Positions 22,163 through 30,354 of a stretch of DNA of 32,000 nucleotides are shown here, one piece after another; the stretch's first letter is position 1, and each line of letters starts with the position of its first letter. Under the pieces are notes generated by a model, which was given only the letters and a program-made list of their open reading frames with translations, ran no database searches and was not told where the DNA came from. The translations under genes were made by a program, and so were the position numbers. Origin of the DNA: Pseudomonas aeruginosa. Its GTDB lineage: Bacteria > Pseudomonadota > Gammaproteobacteria > Pseudomonadales > Pseudomonadaceae. Location of the stretch: assembly GCF_001457615.1 (NCBI RefSeq), contig NZ_LN831024.1:2310001-2342000 (forward strand), read 5' to 3'.

Positions 22163-22197
22163 CCCTCGTTACATTTGCCGGCCATGCCGACCTGTTT

Positions 22198-22213
22198 CTG
22201 ACAGCATCGTAAT
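22198..22213 (+). promoter_or_regulatory. CopR-type box upstream of ptrA/copR
   Basis: Exact CTGACA-gcatc-GTAAT. Confidence 0.75.
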
Positions 22214-22281
22214 CAGTGGGTAACGGGGGCGACAGTGGCCCCCGCGCAGACTACAGGGGAACTCATTCGAGGAGACTTCCC

Positions 22282-22473
22282 ATGCGTACCTTCACTGCCT
22301 CCACCCTCGCTTTCCTGCTGGTCCTCGCCCCGACCGTTCCGGCCATGGCCGACAGCGGCGGCGACATCGTCTTCGAGCGCATGCAGGCCCAGGCCGCCAA
22401 GGCTCGTGCCGCGCACCAGGAGAAACTGGCGAAGCAGGCCGAAGCGACGAAGAAGGACAAGGAAAACTGCTGA
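22282..22473 (+). CDS. ptrA: Small periplasmic copper-inducible protein PtrA
   Basis: 63 aa MRTFTASTLAFLLVLAPTVPAMADSGGDIVFERMQAQAAKARAAHQEKLAKQAEATKKDKENC; signal peptide; adjacent to copR. Confidence 0.88.
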   Translation: MRTFTASTLAFLLVLAPTVPAMADSGGDIVFERMQAQAAKARAAHQEKLAKQAEATKKDKENC

Positions 22474-22534
22474 TCGCCAGTTCTTCCACCCCCGGCTCCA
22501 CACGGGATGACGGAGGGCTCCGATCCCGTCTTCA

Positions 22535-22574
22535 CCCGCCACCGGTTCCCTGGTTTCCGGTCGGCGGGTTTTTT
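22535..22574 (+). terminator. Rho-independent terminator after ptrA
   Basis: CCCGCCACCGG ... CCGGTcGGCGGG followed by T6. Confidence 0.8.
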
Positions 22575-22630
22575 ATGCCCGTCGGTGGTGCTGGGCGATC
22601 TTAGCCTTCGCGGTCCGCAACGGCGGCAAG

Positions 22631-22646
22631 CTGACAAAGATGTAAT
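22631..22646 (+). promoter_or_regulatory. CopR-type box upstream of the cupredoxin-queF operon
   Basis: Exact CTGACA-aagat-GTAAT. Confidence 0.75.
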
Positions 22647-22716
22647 GCTCCCGACAGCCAGCCGGCAGGCGCAGCGACACAGGATAGGCGACATCAACCC
22701 GATGGAGATTCCCCGT

Positions 22717-23262
22717 ATGTTTCCGCGCCGCCTGCTTCCCGCTTCCCTGATCGTCCTCGGCGTGCTTTTCGGTGCCAGCGCCCAGGCTTCACCGGCCCAC
22801 GGCCAGGCCTTCGGCAAGCCGGCCCAGGCCGCGCAGGCCAGCCGCAGCATCGAGGTGGTGCTCGGCGACATGTACTTCAAGCCGCGGGCGATCGAGGTCA
22901 AGGCCGGCGAGACGGTCCGCTTCGTGCTGAAGAACGAAGGCAAGCTGTTGCACGAGTTCAACCTGGGAGACGCGGCGATGCATGCCGAGCACCAGAAGGA
23001 GATGCTGGAGATGCAGCAGTCCGGGATGCTCACCCCGACCGGCATGGCGTCGATGGACCATAGTCAGATGGGCCACGGCATGGCCGGCATGGACCATGGC
23101 CGGATGATGAAGCACGACGACCCCAACAGCGTGCTGGTCGAGCCGGGCAAGAGCGCCGAGCTGACCTGGACCTTCGCCAAAGCCACCCGGCTGGAGTTCG
23201 CCTGCAACATCCCCGGCCACTACCAGGCCGGGATGGTCGGTCAACTGACCGTGCAGCCCTGA
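22717..23262 (+). CDS. Periplasmic cupredoxin (plastocyanin-like) with Met/His-rich insert
   Basis: 181 aa; MFPRRLLPASLIVLGVLFGASAQA signal; LLHEFNLG...MHAEHQKEMLEMQQSGM...MDHSQMGHGMAGMDHGRMM...FACNIPGHYQAGM type-I copper ligands. Possible alternative ATG at 22702. Confidence 0.88.
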   Translation: MFPRRLLPASLIVLGVLFGASAQASPAHGQAFGKPAQAAQASRSIEVVLGDMYFKPRAIEVKAGETVRFVLKNEGKLLHEFNLGDAAMHAEHQKEMLEMQQSGMLTPTGMASMDHSQMGHGMAGMDHGRMMKHDDPNSVLVEPGKSAELTWTFAKATRLEFACNIPGHYQAGMVGQLTVQP

Positions 23263-23379
23263 GCCGGCGGACGGCCGGCGTGAAGATGCCGGCCGATCCG
23301 TATACACTTGCCGCCGCCCGCCAGTGCGGCGCGGCGCGCGGGGAAGGGCCCTGCGCGATTCATCCAGCAGGTTTCCCTC

Positions 23380-24210
23380 ATGCAGCATCCCGCCGAACAT
23401 TCGCCGCTGGGCAAGACCAGCGAATACGTCTCCAGCTACACGCCGTCGCTGCTGTTTCCCATTTCACGCACGGCGAAATGGGCCGAGCTTGGCCTGAGCG
23501 CCGAGACCCTGCCTTATCGCGGCGTGGATATCTGGAACTGCTACGAGCTGTCCTGGCTGACCCCGGCCGGCAAGCCGGTGGTGGCGATCGGCGAGTTCTC
23601 GATCCCGGCGGACTCGCCGAACATCATCGAGTCGAAGTCGTTCAAGCTTTACCTCAATTCCCTCAACCAGTCCGCCTTCGATAGTCGCGAGGCGCTTCGC
23701 GCGGTATTGCAGAAAGACCTCTCGGCCGCTGCCGGGGCGCCCGTGGGCGTGCGCCTGCGCAGCCTCGACGAGGTTGCCGAGGAGGGCATCGGGCGTCTGC
23801 CGGGGCGCTGCATCGACGAGCTGGACATCGCCGTCGACGGCTACGAGCAGCCGCGCCCGGAACTGCTGCGCTGCGACGCCGGGCGGATCGTCGAGGAGCA
23901 GCTCTACAGCCACCTGCTCAAGTCCAACTGCCCGGTCACCGGCCAGCCCGACTGGGGCACCCTGGTGGTCGACTACCGGGGCCCGGCGCTGGACCCGGCC
24001 AGCCTGCTGGCCTACCTGGTTTCCTTCCGCCAGCACCAGGACTTCCACGAACAGTGCGTCGAACGCATCTTCCTCGACCTGCAGCGCCTGTTGCAGCCGC
24101 AGGCGCTCAGCGTCTACGCGCGCTACGTACGCCGTGGCGGCCTGGATATCAATCCCTACCGCAGCCTGGCGGAGGTCGCACCGGACAACCGACGCCTGGT
24201 GCGCCAGTAA
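23380..24210 (+). CDS. queF: NADPH-dependent 7-cyano-7-deazaguanine reductase QueF
   Basis: ATG at 23380, 276 aa; [49 protein letters not shown]. Confidence 0.95.
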   Translation: MQHPAEHSPLGKTSEYVSSYTPSLLFPISRTAKWAELGLSAETLPYRGVDIWNCYELSWLTPAGKPVVAIGEFSIPADSPNIIESKSFKLYLNSLNQSAFDSREALRAVLQKDLSAAAGAPVGVRLRSLDEVAEEGIGRLPGRCIDELDIAVDGYEQPRPELLRCDAGRIVEEQLYSHLLKSNCPVTGQPDWGTLVVDYRGPALDPASLLAYLVSFRQHQDFHEQCVERIFLDLQRLLQPQALSVYARYVRRGGLDINPYRSLAEVAPDNRRLVRQ

Positions 24211-24233
24211 CGCCTCGCAACACGCGGATACGA

Positions 24234-24260
24234 AAAAGCCCCGGCCATGCCGGGGCTTTT
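24234..24260. terminator. Bidirectional terminator between queF and the DUF4404 gene
   Basis: AAAAAGCCCCGGC-cat-GCCGGGGCTTTT. Confidence 0.88.
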
Positions 24261-24276
24261 CATTTCGGCAAGTCGT

Positions 24277-24540
24277 TCAGATACCCATGTTGGCCAGGCT
24301 CTGCACGATGGAGCGGAGCGTGCCGGCGAGGGTCGGGTGGCTGACCTCGAAGCGCTCGACGGCGAGGTTGACCCCATCGACCAGGCTGCCTTCGTTGAGG
24401 GCGTCCTCGTTGGCCAGTTTCAGTTCGATGTCCCTGATCAGGAGTTCCAGTTCGGCGCGCTGCTCTTCGTTCAGCGGCGGTTGTTGCTCCAGTTGCTCGC
24501 GCAGGGCGGACAGTTCGCGCAGCAGACTCTCTTTCGGCAT
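24277..24540 (-). CDS. Small DUF4404-like protein
   Basis: ATG at 24540, 87 aa MPKESLLRELSALREQLEQQPPLNEEQRAELELLIRDIELKL...; stop tga at 24277-24279. Confidence 0.78.
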   Translation of the reverse strand: MPKESLLRELSALREQLEQQPPLNEEQRAELELLIRDIELKLANEDALNEGSLVDGVNLAVERFEVSHPTLAGTLRSIVQSLANMGI

Positions 24541-24613
24541 GGTATTTCCCTCGACGTACAAGTCTTCGGTGGACCTCCGGCGGGCGCCGAAAGGTCCGTC
24601 CATGCCGAACAGA

Positions 24614-25195
24614 TTAACCTGTCGGGCGCAGATGTGCGCGATCCGGATCAATCCGCAGCAGGCGTTCCAGCAGCGGGAAGAAGTGCGTCAGTTCGGGGGT
24701 GCGCATGGCCGGGTCCTTGGCCAGGTCGTCGAGGCGGCGCAGGGTCAGGCCGTCCTGGGCATAGGGCGCCTTGATGTAGGCCGCGGCGGCACGCTCGTCG
24801 AACGGCCCGCCTTGCAGCACCAGGCTGTGCCGGGAGGCCGGCGACAGGCTGGCGTGGTAGCTCGGGTCCACCGCGCAGAGGAAGCGCTTGGCCGATACGT
24901 GCAGGCGCACCGGCTGCCAGACCGACTCGGGGAACAGCTCGCGTAGCAGGCGTGCGCCGAATTCCTCGTGGCGCAGGTCCTCCTCGTCGATCTGCGCCGG
25001 GTCTTCATAGAGGTGGCCGATATCGTGCAGCAGGGCGGCGACTACAAGGCTGTCCGAGCAGCCGGCGCGCTCGGCCAGGGTCGCACACTGCAGCGCGTGC
25101 TCGGCCTGGCTGACTGCCTCGCCATAGGGCTCGGCGCCATGGCTGGCGAAGCGTTCGGCCAGTTCGTCGAGAAAGCGGTGACGGGCGCGGCTCAT
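24614..25195 (-). CDS. HD-domain metal-dependent protein, PhnZ/phosphonate-HD-like
   Basis: ATG at 25195, 193 aa; GEAVSQAEHALQCATLAERAG...LVVAALLHDIGHLYED. Confidence 0.78.
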   Translation of the reverse strand: MSRARHRFLDELAERFASHGAEPYGEAVSQAEHALQCATLAERAGCSDSLVVAALLHDIGHLYEDPAQIDEEDLRHEEFGARLLRELFPESVWQPVRLHVSAKRFLCAVDPSYHASLSPASRHSLVLQGGPFDERAAAAYIKAPYAQDGLTLRRLDDLAKDPAMRTPELTHFFPLLERLLRIDPDRAHLRPTG

Positions 25196-25953
25196 GGTTT
25201 TTCTCCTTTCAGGCGGCGGACGGCGAGGTCGTGCAGGCAGGGTTGCAGCTCGCCCAGGTGATCGATCACGGAATGCACGCCCAGGCGGTACAGTTCCAGG
25301 GTGGCGTCGGCGCGCAAGCGGTCGCGCTCGGTGTGTCCGAGAGCGTCCCAGTCGGCCGGCGAGAGGCCGCACGACGGCCCGCTGGCGGCCAGGCCGATGG
25401 TCCATAGCCCGGCATTGAGTCCGGCCTGGAGTTGACGCGGTTGGGCGCTGACCAGCACGCAGCCGTCGAGGCGCTCGATGCCCAGCCGGGCGAGGGCCTG
25501 CCAGCAGCCATCGGGGGCCGGCCAGGGGCGCGCGCCGGCGAGGGGAATCAGGGCGTCCGCTCGGCCGAGCGGCGCGGCAAGGCGCTGGCAGACCGATTCC
25601 GGTAGCTCGTCCTGCCAGGCGTAGGGAATCCGTTGTTCGTCCAGGCTCTCCAACAGGGCCACGGCACCGGCGATGGCTTCGGCCTGTTCCCCGGCGGCTT
25701 CGTCGAGGGCTTGCTCCAGGCGCTGGCGCTCGCTCTTGTTCGGTTTGCGCCGCAACAGGAAGCTTTGTGCCTCGGCGAAGGGCAGCAGACTGGCGTCGCG
25801 GAGGTGTTCGGCAGGGCTATGCGGATGGCTGCGCAGCAGCGCCAGGGACAGGGTCCGGGCGCCGAAATCCACCAGGCCGCCGGAGAGTCCGAAGAGCAGG
25901 GCGGTGAAGCGCGGGAGTTGGTCGGAGCTGGGCATGCGAAAGGCGTCTGGCAA
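25192..25953 (-). CDS. HAD-superfamily PhnX (phosphonoacetaldehyde hydrolase)-like protein, probably non-catalytic
   Basis: ALLFGLSGGLVDFGARTL aligns by eye to the PhnX FDWAGTTVDFG motif without the nucleophilic Asp; 4-nt overlap with the HD gene. Confidence 0.75.
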   Translation of the reverse strand: MPDAFRMPSSDQLPRFTALLFGLSGGLVDFGARTLSLALLRSHPHSPAEHLRDASLLPFAEAQSFLLRRKPNKSERQRLEQALDEAAGEQAEAIAGAVALLESLDEQRIPYAWQDELPESVCQRLAAPLGRADALIPLAGARPWPAPDGCWQALARLGIERLDGCVLVSAQPRQLQAGLNAGLWTIGLAASGPSCGLSPADWDALGHTERDRLRADATLELYRLGVHSVIDHLGELQPCLHDLAVRRLKGEKP

Positions 25954-26068
25954 ATGGTCTAGGCCAGCCTAGAGGGGTTTTGTGACGCCGCCGTGACGTT
26001 TTCGTGGCAGTGGCGATAGGCCGACGGGCTGCCGTTATAATCGGCCGGTCTGAATCAGCGAGGCCGTC

Positions 26069-26788
26069 ATGCCGGTCGATCAATCTCGTCAGTACCTGCG
26101 CATCCGCGACCAGCTCGCCGCGGATATCGCCCAGGGTGTGCTGCAAGTGAAACTTCCCTCCGAGCGGGAGTTGGCCGAGCGCTTCCTGTGTACCCGCATC
26201 ACCCTTCGCGAAGCCCTGCAGCAATTGGAAACCGAAGGCCTGGTCTATCGCGAGAACCGCCGCGGCTGGTTCGTCGCGCCGCCGCGGATCCGCTACAACC
26301 CGACCCGTACCACCGGCTTCATGGAATACGTCAGCGCCCAGGGACGCCAGCCGCGTACCGAGACGCTGCACGCCGAGCGGCGTGCAGCCGGCGCCTGGCT
26401 GGCCAAGCGGATGGGGCTGGAGGACAGCGCGCCGGTGTATTTCCTGCAACGGCGCCGCTGGGTGGACGAGCGTCCGGTGCTGATCGAACTGATCGCCCTG
26501 GATGCCGGGTGGTGCCCAGGCCTGCTGGACCACGACCTCGATACTTCGCTGATGAGCCTGCTGCGCGAGCGTTTCGGCCTGCAGCCGACGCGCTGCCAAC
26601 TGGCGATGCACCCGACCGCGCTGAACGCGGCCCAGGCCGAGCCGCTGCAACTGGCGCCGGGTTCGCCGGCGCTGTACCTGGAGCGACTGAGTTACGCGGA
26701 GGGGCAGAGGGTGGTCGAGTTCGACCAGGAGTTCTGGCGCCCGGACGCTCTGGAGATCGTGCTCGACGCGGCCTATCCGGGCGCCTGA
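26069..26788 (+). CDS. GntR-family (HutC/UTRA subfamily) transcriptional regulator
   Basis: 239 aa; LPSERELAERFLCTRITLREALQQLETEGLVYRENRRGWFV wHTH, then UTRA-like effector domain. Confidence 0.9.
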   Translation: MPVDQSRQYLRIRDQLAADIAQGVLQVKLPSERELAERFLCTRITLREALQQLETEGLVYRENRRGWFVAPPRIRYNPTRTTGFMEYVSAQGRQPRTETLHAERRAAGAWLAKRMGLEDSAPVYFLQRRRWVDERPVLIELIALDAGWCPGLLDHDLDTSLMSLLRERFGLQPTRCQLAMHPTALNAAQAEPLQLAPGSPALYLERLSYAEGQRVVEFDQEFWRPDALEIVLDAAYPGA

Positions 26789-26789
26789 G

Positions 26790-27194
26790 TCAGGCGATCG
26801 CGGCGCGTATGCTGTCCGGCACGGGCGTCGAACGGTTTTCCGCGTGGCGCACCCAGACCAGCTTGCAGTGGCCTTCGCCATAGGTGCCTTGCGGATCTTC
26901 CAGGGTGTGCAGGCGATGTTCCAGTACCAGGCTGCTGGTGCCCAGCCTGCCGGCGTACAGTTCCACCACCACGGTGGCCGGATGCACCACCGGCTTCAGG
27001 TAGGTGTGCAGGCTTTGCAGCACGACCGGCCCCTCGGCAGCGCCTTCCAGGTCGATGCCGAGGGTTTCGAACCAGGCCACCCGGGCCTCTTCCAGGTACT
27101 GGAAATAGAGGGTGTTGTTGACGTGCCCGTAGCTGTCCATGTCGCCCCAGCGCACCGGGATATGGGCCGTGTGTAGCAATTGTCTGTCAGCCAT
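26790..27194 (-). CDS. Hotdog-fold acyl-CoA thioesterase (YbgC/4HBT type)
   Basis: 134 aa; HIPVRWGDMDSYGHVNNTLYFQYLEEAR. Confidence 0.92.
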   Translation of the reverse strand: MADRQLLHTAHIPVRWGDMDSYGHVNNTLYFQYLEEARVAWFETLGIDLEGAAEGPVVLQSLHTYLKPVVHPATVVVELYAGRLGTSSLVLEHRLHTLEDPQGTYGEGHCKLVWVRHAENRSTPVPDSIRAAIA

Positions 27195-27296
27195 CTCGTA
27201 ACTCTTCTAGTCTCAAAATCGATGCGAGCCTATATACTGCGCCCACGCTGAAGCCGCGCTGGCGGCCAAGACTAGTCATGCAAAGGAGATACAGCA

Positions 27297-28000
27297 ATGC
27301 GCGCCCGCGGCGTGAACTGGATCGAACGTAGTGCCCGAATCCTGGCTTGCGCCAGCCTCGCATTGGCACCCACGCTGTCCCTGGCGGCCAGTGAAGAAGA
27401 CCCTTGGGAAAGCATCAACCGTCCCATCTTCACCTTCAACGACACCCTGGACACCTATGCGCTGAAACCGCTGGCCCAGGGTTACCAGAAGGTCACCCCG
27501 AACTTCGTTCAGGACGGCGTGCACAACTTCTTCAACAACCTCGGCGACGTGAAGAACCTGGCCAACAACCTGTTGCAGGCCAAGTTCCACAATGCCGGCG
27601 TGGACACCAGCCGCCTGCTGTTCAACAGCACCTTCGGCCTGGCCGGCTTGATCGACGTGGCGACCCGATGGGCCTGCAGCGCAACGATGAGGACTTCGGC
27701 CAGACCCTGGGTTATTGGGGCGTCGGCAGCGGCCCGTACGTGATGCTGCCGTTCCTCGGCCCGAGCACGCTGCGCGATGCCCCGGCGAAGATCCCGGACA
27801 TCTATGTCAGTCCCTACCACTACATGGACGACGTACGCGCGCGCAACGTGATGTTCGGCATCAATACCGTCGACACCCGTGCCAACCTGCTGAAGTCGGA
27901 AAAACTGATCAGCGGCGACAAGTACATCTTCATCCGCAACGCCTACCTGCAGAACCGCGAGTTCAAGGTCAAGGACGGCGAGGTGGAGGACGACTTCTAA
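27297..28000 (+). pseudogene. mlaA: MlaA/VacJ outer-membrane lipid-asymmetry lipoprotein, frameshifted by a 1-nt deletion at 27667/27668
   Basis: Frame 27297.. encodes EEDPWESINRPIFTFNDTLDTYALKPLAQGYQKVTP...FGLAGLIDVATR, then shifts out and stops at 27743. The rest of the family sequence, MGLQRNDEDFGQTLGYWGVGSGPYVMLPFLGPSTLRDAP...VEDDF, continues in the frame of ORF 27404..28000. Inserting one C after cccg (cccgCatgggc) restores one ORF. Confidence 0.88.
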
Positions 28001-28057
28001 GTCGACCCGCTTCGTGCGACACCTGGAAAGGCGGCCCTTGGGTCGCCTTTCGTCGTT

Positions 28058-28357
28058 TCAGTGGATCGCGACGATGCTCAGCCCCAGGCTATGCCGACCC
28101 GGGCCGAGGCGTTCGCAGCGCACCACGCGGGCTTCCAGTTCCAGGCCGGTGAGCGTCTCGTGGGTGGACGGGATGCTCACCCGCAGGTGGTCGCCCGGAG
28201 CCAGCTCGCTTTGCGCTTCCAGCAGCAGCCCGCTGGCGGACAGGTCCCGGCACAGGGCCACCGACTCGCGGCCTTCGCAGCGGATGGTGACCGGGGTGTC
28301 GAGCTTCATGCGGATGAAGTCGCGCTTCTCGCTGTAGTTGTGCTCGATGGGCTGCAT
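28058..28357 (-). CDS. PilZ-domain protein
   Basis: ATG at 28357, 99 aa; MQPIEHNYSEKRDFIRMKLDTPVTI...CRDLSASGLLLEA contains an RxxxR-like region and D/NxSxxG. Confidence 0.85.
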   Translation of the reverse strand: MQPIEHNYSEKRDFIRMKLDTPVTIRCEGRESVALCRDLSASGLLLEAQSELAPGDHLRVSIPSTHETLTGLELEARVVRCERLGPGRHSLGLSIVAIH

Positions 28358-28603
28358 GGGCTGATCCTCATGGTCGGGGCGATGGGAGGGCGACTGGCAA
28401 TCCTGGCGATTATCGTCAAAGTTTATACCGTGCGGACGGGATCGGACGGACAAAGGCGGATTTTCCGGCAAAGGTCAACGGCTTGAACTGCTCAACGGAT
28501 GGGAGTACCGTCTGCGCCTTGTCGAACCCCGTAGCCGCGCTGTTGTCACTTACAATAAGCGCCTAGGACCCACTGTTTCCGGCGCCGTTTGCCTGGATGA
28601 CCC

Positions 28604-29788
28604 ATGCATAAAGTCAGTGCCACGCTGCTGATCATCGATGACGACGAGGTGGTGCGCGAAAGCCTCGCCGCCTACTTGGAAGACAGCAACTTCAAGGTGT
28701 TGCAGGCCCTCAACGGTCTGCAGGGCCTGCAGATCTTCGAAAGCGAACAGCCGGACCTGGTCATTTGCGATTTGCGCATGCCGCAGATCGACGGCCTCGA
28801 ACTGATCCGCCGCATCCGCCAGACCGCTTCGGAAACGCCGATCATCGTACTTTCCGGAGCCGGCGTGATGAGCGATGCGGTGGAAGCCTTGCGCCTGGGC
28901 GCCGCCGACTACCTGATCAAGCCCCTGGAAGACCTCGCGGTGCTCGAGCATTCGGTGCGCCGGGCCCTGGATCGCGCCTACCTGCGGGTCGAGAACCAGC
29001 GCTACCGCGACAAGCTGGAAGCCGCCAACCGCGAATTGCAGGCCAGCCTGAACCTGCTCCAGGAAGACCAGAACGCCGGCCGCCAGGTGCAGATGAACAT
29101 GCTTCCGGTGACGCCGTGGAGCATCGAGGGGCTGGAGTTTTCCCACCGGATCATTCCGTCGCTGTATCTCTCCGGCGACTTCGTCGACTACTTCCGGGTC
29201 GACGAGCGACGCGTGGCGTTCTACCTGGCCGACGTTTCCGGCCATGGCGCTTCCTCGGCCTTCGTCACGGTGCTGCTGAAGTTCATGACCACGCGCCTGC
29301 TCTATGAGTCGAGGCGCAACGGCACGCTCCCGGAGTTCAAGCCGTCCGAGGTGCTGGCGCACATCAACCGCGGCCTGATCAACACCAAGTTGGGCAAGCA
29401 CGTGACCATGCTCGGCGGGGTCATCGACCTGGAGAAGAACAGCCTGACCTACAGCATCGGCGGCCACCTGCCGCTTCCTGTGTTGTTCGTCGAAGGGCAG
29501 GCGAGCTACCTGGAGGGCCGTGGCCTGCCGGTGGGCCTGTTCGACGATGCGACCTATGACGACCGGGTCATGGAGTTGCCGCCTTCCTTCAGCCTGTCGC
29601 TGTTTTCCGATGGCATCCTCGATGTGCTGCCAGGAGCTACGCTGAAGGAGAAAGAGGCTTCGCTACCGGAACAGGTGGCAGCCGCCGGAGGCACCCTCGA
29701 CGGGCTGCGCCAGGTCTTCGGGCTGGCCAACCTGGCGGAGATGCCGGATGATATCGCCTTGCTGGTGTTGAGCAGGAACCTTGCATGA
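28604..29788 (+). CDS. rssB: Response regulator with PP2C-type (SpoIIE-like) phosphatase output (RssB)
   Basis: 394 aa; ATLLIIDDDEVVRESLAAYL...LVICDLRMPQIDGLELI...LKPLE receiver, then FYLADVSGHGASSAFVTVLL and LFSDGILD phosphatase motifs. Confidence 0.88.
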   Translation: MHKVSATLLIIDDDEVVRESLAAYLEDSNFKVLQALNGLQGLQIFESEQPDLVICDLRMPQIDGLELIRRIRQTASETPIIVLSGAGVMSDAVEALRLGAADYLIKPLEDLAVLEHSVRRALDRAYLRVENQRYRDKLEAANRELQASLNLLQEDQNAGRQVQMNMLPVTPWSIEGLEFSHRIIPSLYLSGDFVDYFRVDERRVAFYLADVSGHGASSAFVTVLLKFMTTRLLYESRRNGTLPEFKPSEVLAHINRGLINTKLGKHVTMLGGVIDLEKNSLTYSIGGHLPLPVLFVEGQASYLEGRGLPVGLFDDATYDDRVMELPPSFSLSLFSDGILDVLPGATLKEKEASLPEQVAAAGGTLDGLRQVFGLANLAEMPDDIALLVLSRNLA

Positions 29789-30267
29789 GTACCGGTAAAA
29801 TCCAGTTTGCCGAACAGAACGGCTCCTTCGTTCTGAAATTCGTCGGTGAGGTCCGCCTCACCCTGTGCTCGGCCCTGGATTCCACCATCGAGAAGATCTT
29901 CGCTGCGCTGAATTTTTCGGCGATCATCATCGATCTTACGGAAACCCAGAGCATCGATAGCACCACGCTCGGCCTGCTGGCCAAGCTGTCCATCCTGTCG
30001 CGGCAGAAAATCGGCCTGTTGCCCACGCTGGTGACCACCAATCCGGACATTACCCGTCTGTTGCAGTCGATGGGCTTCGATCAGGTGTTCAATATCGTCG
30101 ATCGTCCGATTCCGTGCCCGGAATGCCTGTCCGACCTGCCGCCGCAGGACCAGTCGGAAGATGTGGTGCGCGACAAGGTCCTGGAGGCGCACCGCATCCT
30201 GATGGGCCTCAACGAATCCAACCGCGAAGCCTTCCACGACCTGGTCAGCGCCCTGGAGCGCCATTAA
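29785..30267 (+). CDS. STAS-domain anti-sigma factor antagonist (RssC-like)
   Basis: 160 aa, ATGA overlap with rssB; IIIDLTETQSIDSTTLGLLAKL is the STAS phospho-Ser/Thr loop. Confidence 0.85.
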   Translation: MSTGKIQFAEQNGSFVLKFVGEVRLTLCSALDSTIEKIFAALNFSAIIIDLTETQSIDSTTLGLLAKLSILSRQKIGLLPTLVTTNPDITRLLQSMGFDQVFNIVDRPIPCPECLSDLPPQDQSEDVVRDKVLEAHRILMGLNESNREAFHDLVSALERH

Positions 30268-30354
30268 CCGGTCGATCCCTTCCCGAATTCCTGCTGAATC
30301 CTCCGCTGCGCCGGAACGGGACGCCCTGCATGCGCGTCCCGCCGGCAGCGGCGA

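Noticed and set aside
20112-22201. Plus-strand ORFs (463 and 226 aa) opposite copS and copR
   Set aside because: Antisense shadows of a well-defined two-component system.
30315-30339. Inverted repeat CGGGACG...CGTCCCG between the STAS gene and tal
   Set aside because: Could terminate convergent transcription, but there is no U-tract on either strand and an 11-nt loop; insufficient to call.
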